A stretch of 64,000 bases of DNA from Candidatus Bathyarchaeia archaeon (GCA_037481775.1 JBBFKZ010000001.1:64001-128000); one strand, 5' to 3'. Positions 30,701-39,426 are shown, counted from the first letter of the stretch. Notes: generated from the letters alone by a model not told the origin. Program-made: numbers and translations.

Positions 30701-31175
30701 CAAGCGTTAACGCTTGATCTGTCCCACCTGCTGACCTTATTGGCCCTGCAAAATATATGGCAAGATATCTAGTTCGATCAGCATTAGTCTTTATTTTTAC
30801 TTGCGCTACACCTTGTATTGGCGCTGCCGTAAGACCTTCAGTAAATATTGCAAGTGCTGTGCGTATAGCTTGCTCTGCCGCTGCTTCCGATGCCATACGA
30901 CCAAAAGTGCCGCAGACGATTTCTTCGGCAATTTTAAAGGCTATTTCTTCCCTCTGCATTTTAGTGCTTAATTCGCGGATGCGCACAGCCACACCTTTTG
31001 GTCCAACAAGCCCCTCTACAAGCTCAGCTATGTCTTGGGCAATAACACATTCAGTCTTTAATGAGGGATCAAGTCCCCTTGATCTAGCTAGATCACTTAT
31101 TGCATACAATTGACTGAGCTGGTTCTCCAACGTATAAATGTATGCTTGATGGGTCATGCCAATTTTGCTGTTCAA
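27762..31175 (-). CDS. polC: DNA polymerase D large subunit DP2 (no intein seen)
   Basis: AGPIRSAGGT, GFRLRYGR, RMGRPEK, KRRDCDGDED, C-terminal Zn fingers and PIP-like QVSLVDF. Confidence 0.97.
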   Translation of the reverse strand: MNSKIGMTHQAYIYTLENQLSQLYAISDLARSRGLDPSLKTECVIAQDIAELVEGLVGPKGVAVRIRELSTKMQREEIAFKIAEEIVCGTFGRMASEAAAEQAIRTALAIFTEGLTAAPIQGVAQVKIKTNADRTRYLAIYFAGPIRSAGGTDQALTLVVGDFVRRLLGLERYKPTAEEISRFLEELRLYERSVGRFQYHVSDEELKKALEWLPVEVTGTESDPIEVSSFRNLERIETNRVRGGALRVVNDGVVGRAPKVLAIIEKLGFQGWDWLREFRKKSEKKSAGFMDDVIAGRPIFSFPSRRGGFRLRYGRARNTGLSAVGIHPATMLVVERFLAAGTQMRLELPGKGGITVPVDSLEPPIVLLNDGSVVRVSLENFDSIKDKIEKILFLGDILISFGDFLYTSKGLSPSGYVEEWWAKDLKKVLTERFGGDLTKAAEAVKISKEKLCAFYESPFFTKPSAREAIMLAVTFNVPLHPSHTFFWSNLDSFQEVMLLREWLNDAAVTLEDDFACKIVGSIDQKVVQILRKIFAPHKFLENKIILEGDDACALAFCLGHGTSRIIEDKDTSVLKAISLLSGVEIRDKAPTFVGARMGRPEKAKRREMKPLVHALFPVGLAGGSHRDLLEAAKKGPVFIDIIKRKCPNCKAFTFKVKCVICGCETVVEKCCPQCGRTLKENTCPTCKAGAVGYQRQTVNFKELLEDACGLLGVSSLKTLKGVKGLTNEDKTPEIIEKGILRAKHGLSVYKDGTIRFDATNAPLTHFKPAEVGVSVEKLRQLGYSFDMYGSPLTDSEQVCELKIQDVVIPRKAAEYFMRVANFIDELLEKVYTLPRYYNVKSVDDLVGHLIMGLAPHTCVGILGRIVGFTELNVCYAHPIWHSAKRRDCDGDEDAVMLALDTLLNFSRSYLPAQIGGIMDAPLLLIPFVNTKEVQRQAHDFDVDGAYPLEFYEKTLEKVDAKQISPIIDLISHRLGTEGQFEGFKFTTPISNINLGNAVSSYKQFKSMIEKLNMQLDLGEKIEAVDVKRVALKVLTTHFLRDISGNLRAFSTQGFRCKSCNKRFRRLPLSGRCPFCGGLLTLTVYRGGIEKYLAAAQQLIDKYGLPKYYAQRIALIKDEIKFMFDNKKPRQVSLVDFA

Positions 31176-31295
31176 GCGCTACTCCTGCCAAAAATGTTTA
31201 ACAAAGGGGTTATTTTGGCTTTCTAACATAAAAATCGAAAAAACCTTAAAAGAAAAAATCATATCAGCTGTTTTTAACTCAAAAAGACCCAGCGA

Positions 31296-32048
31296 TTAGT
31301 GCTTAGCTTTTTTAACGCCTTCAATTATTTCAGATATTTTTTGCCCAGCCTTATCGCTTTCAACGACGTTACCCGTGACTATTATGTCCGCTCCTGCTGA
31401 AACCGCAGCTAACGCTTGCTCTTTAGTTCTTACTCCCCCACCAACAATAAGTGGAACATCTATGAAGTGCTTGATTGTTTTGATCATTTCAGGCGGCACA
31501 GGAGTTTTCGCCCCAGAGCCTCCTTCAAGATATATAAAGTGCATGCCAAGGTATTGCCCAGCAAGTGCATGCGCCGCTGCGAGTTCAGGTTTGTTGTAGG
31601 GCACGGGAATAGCTTTGCCAACGATTCCCGCAGTACCTCCTTCACCAACGATTATGTATCCCATTGAAATCGGTTCTAAACCATATTTCTTCACTAGAGG
31701 CGCGCCTAGGATTTGAGCGCCTATAAGAAAGTAAGGATCTACAGAATTCAGAAGAGACATGAACCATATGGCATCTGCATACCGGCTTATTCCTGTTATA
31801 TTGTTGGGGAATAGAATTATGGGAAGCTTAACTGCACGCTTAATAGCTTTAACCATGGAATCTAGGTGCGCTTGTGAAACAAAAGTTGAGCCGCCAATCA
31901 TGATAGCGGAGGTTCCGCTGATTTCAGAGGATTCAGCAACTCGCGCGGCTTGCGGCGGCGTCATTTTTTCGGGATCTATAAGGGTTATGTGAATTGAACC
32001 TTCCGAGTTAATTTTTTTGAGAAGATACTGTTCAATAGGCCCAACCAT
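31296..32048 (-). CDS. Geranylgeranylglyceryl phosphate synthase
   Basis: TLIDPEK, IGGST, YLEGGSGA, VGGGVR, VTGN. Confidence 0.93.
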   Translation of the reverse strand: MVGPIEQYLLKKINSEGSIHITLIDPEKMTPPQAARVAESSEISGTSAIMIGGSTFVSQAHLDSMVKAIKRAVKLPIILFPNNITGISRYADAIWFMSLLNSVDPYFLIGAQILGAPLVKKYGLEPISMGYIIVGEGGTAGIVGKAIPVPYNKPELAAAHALAGQYLGMHFIYLEGGSGAKTPVPPEMIKTIKHFIDVPLIVGGGVRTKEQALAAVSAGADIIVTGNVVESDKAGQKISEIIEGVKKAKH

Positions 32049-32066
32049 GCTTAAACCTCTTATTGT

Positions 32067-32336
32067 CTAAGCAGCCTGTCCGGTCTTTACAGAGGAACTT
32101 TTTGAGGAACTGTAAACTCTATCGGTTAACATGCAGTAAACGTCAACTTCGCCTTGAGCAGGTTTCACTTGAAATTCCTCTTGAAAACCACAGCTACTGC
32201 ACCCTGCCACAGCACGCTCTTGTTCTCTGAAAATTTCAACTCTAACGGTTTCTTTCCCACATTTAGGACAAGAGAAGAACTTGGGCAACCGTTTCTTGGG
32301 AATACGAATAATCTTTTTTCTTCTTCGTCCCATCAC
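32067..32336 (-). CDS. elf1: Transcription elongation factor Elf1
   Basis: MGRRRKK...LPKFFSCPKC...CSSCG...VDVY. Confidence 0.88.
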   Translation of the reverse strand: MMGRRRKKIIRIPKKRLPKFFSCPKCGKETVRVEIFREQERAVAGCSSCGFQEEFQVKPAQGEVDVYCMLTDRVYSSSKSSSVKTGQAA

Positions 32337-32432
32337 GCATCGCTTCTATGTGATAAGTTTACGTTTTCTTTAATATATGCTTGCTCTTAAATACTTGCTT
32401 ACACCAATAGAAAAGTTTGGGGGAATATATAA

Positions 32433-33275
32433 GTGAAATTAACACCCGCAACGTTAGAACTGAATTGGCCTGAAGTTGAGAAGAAAATTTGTCACTTCAT
32501 AAAAGATTACATGGAGAACGCGGGAGCTAAGGGTATAGTTCTCGGCTTGTCAGGGGGAATTGACAGCAACACAGTAGCGGCGCTTTCCAGTCTAGCAATA
32601 GGAGGGGACAAGGTCACGGGGCTTATACTTCCAGAAAAGGAAACATATAACACCAGAGACATCGATGACGCAAAAGTTATTGCCGAAAAATTCGGTTTAA
32701 AAACACAAATATGTGACATCACAACTGTTTTAGAAAACTTCTACCAGGCAATACCCATATTTGACCCAAAAGACAGGATCTGCAAAGGTAATATAAAAGC
32801 ACGCGTGAGAATGATTTACCTATATTATTACGCAAATAAGCTCAACATGATAGTCTGCGGAAGCTCTGACAAGTCAGAGACAATGATGGGATACTTCACT
32901 AAGTGGGGCGACGCCGCTGCAGACATAGCACCAATCATGGATTTATATAAAACCCAAGTTCGCAAACTAGCTGAGCACATAGGCATCCCAACTCAACTTG
33001 CAGCAAAACCATCCACGCCTGGTCTTTGGCCCAATCAACTTGCAGAAACAGAACTTGGTATAAAATATGAAACACTTGATCTTATTCTTTATGGACTTGA
33101 GCACTTTATGACAACGGATGAAATAGCAGAGCAATTAGGCGTTAAAAAAGAGACTGTTGAAAAAGTAAAAAGCAGATGGCTTACAGTAGAACATAAAAGG
33201 CGATTACCCCTAGCACCAAAAATTGAATACAGAACAGTGGGCGCTGATTTTAGAATACCGCGGCAGAGATACTGA
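32433..33275 (+). CDS. nadE: NAD+ synthetase
   Basis: GLSGGIDS, GNIKARVRM, GYFTKWGD, EHKR. Confidence 0.95.
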   Translation: MKLTPATLELNWPEVEKKICHFIKDYMENAGAKGIVLGLSGGIDSNTVAALSSLAIGGDKVTGLILPEKETYNTRDIDDAKVIAEKFGLKTQICDITTVLENFYQAIPIFDPKDRICKGNIKARVRMIYLYYYANKLNMIVCGSSDKSETMMGYFTKWGDAAADIAPIMDLYKTQVRKLAEHIGIPTQLAAKPSTPGLWPNQLAETELGIKYETLDLILYGLEHFMTTDEIAEQLGVKKETVEKVKSRWLTVEHKRRLPLAPKIEYRTVGADFRIPRQRY

Positions 33276-33298
33276 AAATCAAATGAGAAGGTGAAATA

Positions 33299-34131
33299 AT
33301 GAAAGAGAAAATCAAGGTAGCGCTTGCACAAATATGCAGTAGACGTGAAAACAAAGAAGAAAACTTGCGGAAAATGGAGGAGTTTATAATAAAAGCAAAA
33401 GATCAAGCCGCTGACCTCGTAATTTTTCCAGAACTTGCACTGACGGGATACGTTTTACATGATCAAATTTACGAATTAGCTGAAACAATACCTGGTCCAT
33501 CAACTAAAAGAGTAACGGAAATAGCAAAGAAAAATAGGGCACATGTAATTTTTGGCATGCCTGAACTAAGCGAAAAGACAAAAGCCACAATATTCAACGC
33601 GGCAGTCTTAGTTGGACCAAAAGGTGTTATTGGGAAATACCGCAAAATGTATCTTCCAACGCATAGCGTTTTCGAAGAAAAAGGTATTTTCGCTCAGGCG
33701 ATCAAGCAGCCGCATTTAATACACCTATAGGAAAAATAGGATTGATCATATGCTATGACGTTTTCTTTCCAGAAGTATGCCGCCTTACTCGATTAAAGGG
33801 AGCAAACTTGATAGTATGTATATCAGCGTCACCTGCTATTCGTAAAAGCTACTTCGAGATTCTAACGGCGGCAAGAGCCTTGGAAAACACAGCTTTCCTA
33901 GCGTATGTTAACCTTGCAGGACTTGAAGATGGATTACAATTTTGGGGTGGTAGCAGGCTATTAAGTCCCACAGGAGATTTGCTGGCAAAAGCAAAAAGCG
34001 ATGAAGGAGATCTTATTGTCTGCGAAGTTGATTACAGAGACATGAAGGCTGCTGAAACTTTCATTCCTACGCTCAAAGATCTGCGACCAGAACTCTTTGA
34101 CGAACTAAAAAGGCAAGCAAAAACGCTATAA
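33299..34131 (+). pseudogene. Nitrilase/carbon-nitrogen hydrolase split by a -1 frameshift at the A5 run 33678-33682
   Basis: FPEL (E) and YRKM (K) in the first ORF, ICYD (C) in the second; adding one A gives FEEKRYFRSGDQAAAFNTPIGKIGLIICYD and a 277-aa protein. Confidence 0.85.
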
Positions 34132-34166
34132 AATAAGAGGTAATTCAATTTAATTCTAAAGCAAGA

Positions 34167-34257
34167 CATCACGAATCACAATCATATCACAACTTCTTGT
34201 GATCTCGAAAGATCAAAGTATAATCACGCGTGATTTCTTTGTGATAAGTGATGTCAC
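34167..34257. repeat. ATCAC/GTGAT heptad array A (8 cores)
   Basis: ATCAC at 34168, 34175, 34186, 34223; GTGAT at 34199, 34230, 34241, 34248; perfect palindrome AATCACGCGTGATT at 34222-34235. Confidence 0.85.
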
Positions 34258-34674
34258 ATATTGAAGGGCTTTAGGGTCTTTAAAGCTAATTAGCGACGTA
34301 AGGGTTCAGGAATTGGCGGAAAAAATAAAAACTAATATGTTTATCCAGATAGGGAATGAACCCTGAATTTGTTAATAGCAGATATTAAGAACTTGTTATA
34401 GGGCATGAATTAAATTTGCAATTTAATAAAACAGCAATTTAAGTAAACGTTCCTTCTATGCTCTTTTACGATTTTAAGACTTATTTTAAGCTTTAAATGA
34501 ATAATAAGTGAGCTAAGCACTTTACTTTTACTTTAATCTTCAAAATATCCTTTTTTTAAGGAGGGAACAGCGTGTATTATTGAAAGTATTAATTAACAAC
34601 TATATTCAATAAGCTTAAAAGCGGCGCCAGTATACGAAAGTGTATCCATTTGAAAAGCCACAGGAGACAAGAAT

Positions 34675-35154
34675 TTGAAGTTAAAAGAAGGCGTTCAAGC
34701 ATGGTTAAATGGGGCATTAAACGACCCTGTTGCAAAAATACTCTACAAAAACAGTCAATTAACAAAAACGCAGCTCGAAACATTGCTTATAGACGTTTTA
34801 GCTGAAAATTTAGCGGGTAAACACTTAAAATACGATGAAAAAGCCAAATTAAGGCTAACAAAAGCTAAAATAAGCCGAGGAGCCTTTAACAGGACATTAA
34901 AACAAGCCAAAGAAAACGTAATAAAATCAATATACACGGTGTTGCTTTTAGGCTATTTAGGGATTTTTGAAAGCACAACTCTTGACCCATATCTTGAAAT
35001 CGCCAACAAACTGAAAGATTACGTTGACGCATACAAAGACATACCAGAAACAGATAAAGCGCGAGAAGATCATCTAAAAGTCATAGAAATCATACGTGAA
35101 GAGCTTGAAACAAGCCTAAAACGGCTTTCTTCACCCTCAGCAGAAGAAGTGTGA
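34675..35154 (+). CDS. Hypothetical protein with HTH-like segment
   Basis: LTKTQLETL...ISRGAFNRTLKQAKE resembles Bat/HTH_10-type helices; AGGAG upstream. Confidence 0.65.
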   Translation: MKLKEGVQAWLNGALNDPVAKILYKNSQLTKTQLETLLIDVLAENLAGKHLKYDEKAKLRLTKAKISRGAFNRTLKQAKENVIKSIYTVLLLGYLGIFESTTLDPYLEIANKLKDYVDAYKDIPETDKAREDHLKVIEIIREELETSLKRLSSPSAEEV

Positions 35155-35428
35155 CATCACAAATCACAGCAGTCAAATAGGAACAGAACCCAAAACGTTC
35201 GGCAGCATAGTGAGGCAGGAATAGGCCCAGAATTTAAAAATAACCCATAGAATCAGAGATTTTAAAAGCGAAGAAGATTGCCAAAAATAGGAAAATGCTG
35301 TGATGTGTGATGTCATGATAAGGCGGGGCTCAAGACACCGCAAAACTTAAATTTTCCATGGAAAACTGTGATGTGTGATGCAACGTGTTAAATCACGTGT
35401 AGATCACAGAAGCGTGTTCAAGTGTGAT
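35151..35428. repeat. ATCAC/GTGAT heptad arrays B and C (9 cores), including a 15-bp direct repeat CTGTGATGTGTGATG x2
   Basis: ATCAC at 35156, 35163, 35392, 35403; GTGAT at 35300, 35307, 35368, 35375, 35424; 15-mers at 35298-35312 and 35366-35380. Confidence 0.85.
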
Positions 35429-36137
35429 TGAAGGTTTACTAACACTGATAATTATTCTGCTCACAGCAACCGTTATCGCGTCAATTGAGTATTACAGACA
35501 GATCCGTAAAGCTCAAAAAGAATACGAAAAAGCTAGGGAAATCATAGAGGACATTGTTCTTAGTTTTAATCGTGAATTAAAACGAGATGCTGAAAACTTG
35601 GATAGAATAGCCTTTAAGGTAGAGGGAAATATAGCAAAGGTAGATACAAGCCTTAAGAAAGTAGAGACCGTCGAAAGAAAGTTGACAGTCATAGAAAACA
35701 CACTCCGAATGCTCTCTGAAAATTATACAGGCATCTTAACAAAGACAAAAGAAGTTGAAGCAAAAACCAACAATATTGAGGTAACATGCCAAACGCTGAA
35801 AACAAAAATCACAGAAATAGAAGAGCAAGCGCAAAAAGCAGCTGTAATACCAGAAATAAAAAGTGAGCCAGTTATACCAATACGAAGAGACAAAGCTATG
35901 TCTGCATTAACAGACACAGAAGTGGCAGTTTTAGAGCTACTTGCAACGGAGGGCGCGAAAACGGCGCCTGAGATCAGAGACAAAATTGGTCTTAGCAGAG
36001 AGCATACTGCAAGACTTATGAAAAAACTTTATGAAGAAGGCTACCTTGAAAGAGAAACAGGCAAAATCCCGTTTAGATACAGCGTCAAAAAAGAAATGGA
36101 AAAGTTCTTGAAGAAGGCAGAAAGTGGGCAGGTGTGA
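35424..36137 (+). CDS. Membrane-anchored coiled-coil protein with C-terminal MarR-like wHTH
   Basis: N-terminal TM LLTLIIILLTATVIA, long heptad-rich E/K region, LTDTEVAVLELL...TAPEIRDKIGLSREHTARLMKKLYEEGYLER. Confidence 0.8.
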   Translation: MIEGLLTLIIILLTATVIASIEYYRQIRKAQKEYEKAREIIEDIVLSFNRELKRDAENLDRIAFKVEGNIAKVDTSLKKVETVERKLTVIENTLRMLSENYTGILTKTKEVEAKTNNIEVTCQTLKTKITEIEEQAQKAAVIPEIKSEPVIPIRRDKAMSALTDTEVAVLELLATEGAKTAPEIRDKIGLSREHTARLMKKLYEEGYLERETGKIPFRYSVKKEMEKFLKKAESGQV

Positions 36138-37670
36138 TCATATCAAAGAAGGCGTTTCTTGATCATTCAACTTTTTAAGCTGTGTGCTCATTTTTGAGAG
36201 GGTAGAAGAATCGGGAAGGACATAGTCAGCGTTACCTCGTTTTTCCAAATAATCAGGGTAATGAGTAACTTTTATTGGAACAGCAAATTTGATTTTGGGC
36301 TCAGAAATAAGCAAGGCTTCACCTACATCAAGCATCTTTATCTCGGTTTCACTATACTCCATGTAGGGTGTGTTCTCAGTTAGATATTGTCTATCTTTCT
36401 TTAGCTCTGTTTTCATAATAATTTTAGTCCATAACTCAGCAAAAACATCAAAAGTAATTCTGGATGGCCTCGGCGTCACGGCGTTAAGCCCAACACGATA
36501 TTTGCGATAAGTAAGGGCAATGTCTGAAAAAATTGTTCGGGAGTTATTCGGATCAAGAAATTCGTGAGCTTCTTCAAGAGTTATAAGCAATGTCGGAAGT
36601 TTCTGCCACGCATCATAGTTCTCTTCCCACATGTGCTTGTAATGTTCCACAACTACTGATGCTGATAAGCAAACAATGCGTTTTTGATCTTCGGAACGAA
36701 GACCTGAAATGTCAATTAAACAAGTGATGCCTTTGCAAACATTCTGTAAAACGCTGTCGACAAAAGAGGTGTTAGTGGCAGGGAAAAGTTCATTCGACAA
36801 AGAGGAAAGCTTCTGCATGAGGGCTTCAATAACAACTTTATTCGCGTGCACAGAAAGCTTGTCGCCTTTTGCATAGGTTTCTCGGCTTATTTCTATCCAA
36901 GCTGATCCGAAATGTTTGTACAAGGCCCAAGCAAGTCTTCTCTGAGGCGGCTGAATATCAGGGAAAAGAGCGTCTAGCCTAGCAGGAGTTATTGTTCGTA
37001 AACCAACGACCATTTTTCCGTCTCTAGCGGAGTAATATTGTACTTTGCTGTGAAAAAGAGGGTGATCTTTTAAGCCTCTTTTCGGTTCAATTTCTTTCCC
37101 TTCTAATAGTTGCCCCGCAAAATCGTAGATTAGTGCAACCGTTCTAGGGCTGTTATCTATTATCTGAGCGTTTAGAATTAATTCGGTGTTTGTTTTTCCT
37201 GAGCCAGTCATGCCAAACATGCCCATCATTCGAGGAATCGCAGAGATATTTATTCCCACTGAACCGAGCAGTTGATCGGCTGAGCGCAAATGACCTATCT
37301 CAAGATCTCCAGATAGTTTTAGAATGGGGCAGTCTTCCTCGTTTGTTGAATAGACCTTATCGCGGTAATTTGGATTAAAAGTAGGCGAACGTATTCGACC
37401 GTCTCTTTTTTCTAAAAAGAGTATAGCATCTACACATCTATATGCGGAATATGGTCCAAAAGCTTCTTTGCCTTCAGCCTCTCGCAACTGCTCAATAGTT
37501 TCGAGTGTAGAACTACTTTCAGAGTTAACTACTCTGGCATAGAAACACCGATCATTTGAGTCTATACGAACTATTTGGCCAAAGGCCAAGTTAACATTCT
37601 TATTAACTAAGAAGGAGACAGAGTCCCCCTTAGTTCCACATACAAAACCTATTGGTTCAAGGTTGACCAT
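36138..37670 (-). CDS. herA: HerA/FtsK-superfamily ATPase
   Basis: N-terminal HAS-barrel-like region, Walker A GMTGSGKT, Walker B LITLEEAH, RKYRVGL..VTPRPS; ATG 37670 overlaps the upstream nurA end. Confidence 0.82.
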   Translation of the reverse strand: MVNLEPIGFVCGTKGDSVSFLVNKNVNLAFGQIVRIDSNDRCFYARVVNSESSSTLETIEQLREAEGKEAFGPYSAYRCVDAILFLEKRDGRIRSPTFNPNYRDKVYSTNEEDCPILKLSGDLEIGHLRSADQLLGSVGINISAIPRMMGMFGMTGSGKTNTELILNAQIIDNSPRTVALIYDFAGQLLEGKEIEPKRGLKDHPLFHSKVQYYSARDGKMVVGLRTITPARLDALFPDIQPPQRRLAWALYKHFGSAWIEISRETYAKGDKLSVHANKVVIEALMQKLSSLSNELFPATNTSFVDSVLQNVCKGITCLIDISGLRSEDQKRIVCLSASVVVEHYKHMWEENYDAWQKLPTLLITLEEAHEFLDPNNSRTIFSDIALTYRKYRVGLNAVTPRPSRITFDVFAELWTKIIMKTELKKDRQYLTENTPYMEYSETEIKMLDVGEALLISEPKIKFAVPIKVTHYPDYLEKRGNADYVLPDSSTLSKMSTQLKKLNDQETPSLI

Positions 37671-38676
37671 CCCACCACTCCCATTCAAAAGCATATTTCA
37701 CACCATGAATTTCATCAGCAAAACTGCACGAAAGTTCTTCTCTGCGCAGTATCTCAAGCAATCCAGCCTCTTTCAGTTTTTCTTCAATCTGTTCATGATA
37801 AAAAAGCAGCATAGAATTTGAAGGCGCTGAAAAATCATGTGCAAGATAAAGACTTATTGGATAGCCGAGGCACCGGGGGTCATTAGATACCGCAGTTAAA
37901 GGCGAAAGCAGCTTACAAATATCATGCTGGGTTAAGTAGTCCATTATATCACAGCGAAAAACATGAGGACTGTCGGAAGATAATTTCACAATTGCTATGT
38001 CACCGTACAAGCTTTTGTCCTTGTCAGCCTTTTGCACCGGATGATAAACCCAAAGATCATAGGGAGCCATCATGTACGTAGTAGAAATTAAATCTCTTCC
38101 TTTTTCGTCATGCAAAGAAGGCGAGTTTTTACTAATGGCTAAGAGGTTAATACCACATTTTTCGCATTCATCATAAAGCGTAACGCGAAATTTTCTTTCG
38201 CCACCGAAATATCCGCCGCCGTCCAAGAGTAAGTATATACTACGTGCATCATTATGTACGTGAGAGGAGTTTGAAGTTGCGTTTTTAAGGGCATTAAGAG
38301 CAACTTGGCTTTCTAATTCGATTCTAAAGTCTTGTAGGTAACTCTTCCGTGTGCGTGCATCCCCGACAACGGTGCACACTCTTTCAGAATAGCTCCAATC
38401 TACCATGCGCTCTTTAACCGAAACGCTAGCAACACGCATCAAATAAACGCCCCAGTTGTTAGCTCTTTTTAGTGTCCGTGTCGAGCAATCAACAGCTATA
38501 AAACTTCCAGTGAAGGCTGCTAAGGGTTGTAAAGGCTTTATTAAAGCAGGATCCGGTTTAACATAGAATAGTGGCTCCTCGATTATTTCCGCTCCACTGG
38601 CAACTCGGCCCCTGTCAACGTAACATTTAAGTTTCTTTTCCATTTCTGCTAAATCTGGTTCAAGAGTTTGATTCAT
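37657..38676 (-). CDS. nurA: NurA-family nuclease
   Basis: FIAVDCS, LLLDGG, AISKNS, GYPISLYLAH; coupled to the herA-like gene. Confidence 0.8.
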   Translation of the reverse strand: MNQTLEPDLAEMEKKLKCYVDRGRVASGAEIIEEPLFYVKPDPALIKPLQPLAAFTGSFIAVDCSTRTLKRANNWGVYLMRVASVSVKERMVDWSYSERVCTVVGDARTRKSYLQDFRIELESQVALNALKNATSNSSHVHNDARSIYLLLDGGGYFGGERKFRVTLYDECEKCGINLLAISKNSPSLHDEKGRDLISTTYMMAPYDLWVYHPVQKADKDKSLYGDIAIVKLSSDSPHVFRCDIMDYLTQHDICKLLSPLTAVSNDPRCLGYPISLYLAHDFSAPSNSMLLFYHEQIEEKLKEAGLLEILRREELSCSFADEIHGVKYAFEWEWWDGQP

Positions 38677-38774
38677 CGACTCGCCTAAACGTTATACCGA
38701 AACAATATTTTAAAGACGCAAAACGCAGCTTTATGCTTTATGTGTATAGCGGAAGGAATTATATTTGATGGATT

Positions 38775-39218
38775 TTACTTAAACTGTTGTCTTATGGTAG
38801 CTTGAGGAACATTTGGTGCAACTTTATATTTTAGACTATTTGCCCCGCCTGTTCTCAAGAGCAACCCTTTATTCGCCATTCTTGAAAGGTAAGTTGATAT
38901 TGTACTAAGGCCTATTGGCTCCTTAAGTTCCTGTTCATAAACAGCTTGGACGTCTTTTGAAGAAAACCAGATAATCGGAAAATGTTTCTTAATAATAAAA
39001 TGAACTTTTTCGAAACGAGAAAGACTATTATTTGCCAAGTTATTACCAGTGCCAGAAGTTGTTTCTTCACTTGGCATGCCGCCTAATAATTCCACAAGAT
39101 CCAACAAGTGTAGAGCTTTTTCTCTGGTGATTTGGCCTTCAAAAGCAATAGTGTAACGATTGCCTTCGCTATCGAATAGCTCTACACGCATTTTCCGCGC
39201 AGGCATTACAGAGTACAC
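38775..39218 (-). CDS. Hypothetical protein with C-terminal winged helix, divergent from cdc6 across the origin
   Basis: FSSKDVQAVYEQELKEPIGLSTISTYLSRMANKGLL; alternative ATG 39206. Confidence 0.75.
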   Translation of the reverse strand: MYSVMPARKMRVELFDSEGNRYTIAFEGQITREKALHLLDLVELLGGMPSEETTSGTGNNLANNSLSRFEKVHFIIKKHFPIIWFSSKDVQAVYEQELKEPIGLSTISTYLSRMANKGLLLRTGGANSLKYKVAPNVPQATIRQQFK

Positions 39219-39400
39219 CTAAGTGCTGTTCACAAATTTTACACTTCACAACTTATAGCTGTTATGGTTAAAAGACAAAAAGTTAAAAGCCATAAAAACG
39301 GCTTGTTTGTTTAAAAAACCAAAATTTGCAGTTTATTTAGCTTTACAAGCTTCACGGTATTGTAAAAAAGAAAAATAAATTTAACTTCATTATCATTCGT

Positions 39401-39426
39401 TATTTCCAATAGAAGTGTAGGGGTGC
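39401..39426 (+). promoter_or_regulatory. ORB element 1
   Basis: TATTTCCAATAGAAGTGTAGGGGTGC (TTCCA core plus G-string). Confidence 0.8.

Noticed and set aside
27762-31175. Inteins in DP2, RFC or Cdc6
   Set aside because: Lengths are normal and no intein splice motifs are seen at the usual sites
33660-33745. Possible second intron at the nitrilase break
   Set aside because: The protein is continuous after adding one base; there is no extra sequence and no BHB
34167-35428. CRISPR array or IS ends
   Set aside because: Units are 5-15 bp without regular spacers; no cas or transposase gene in the window
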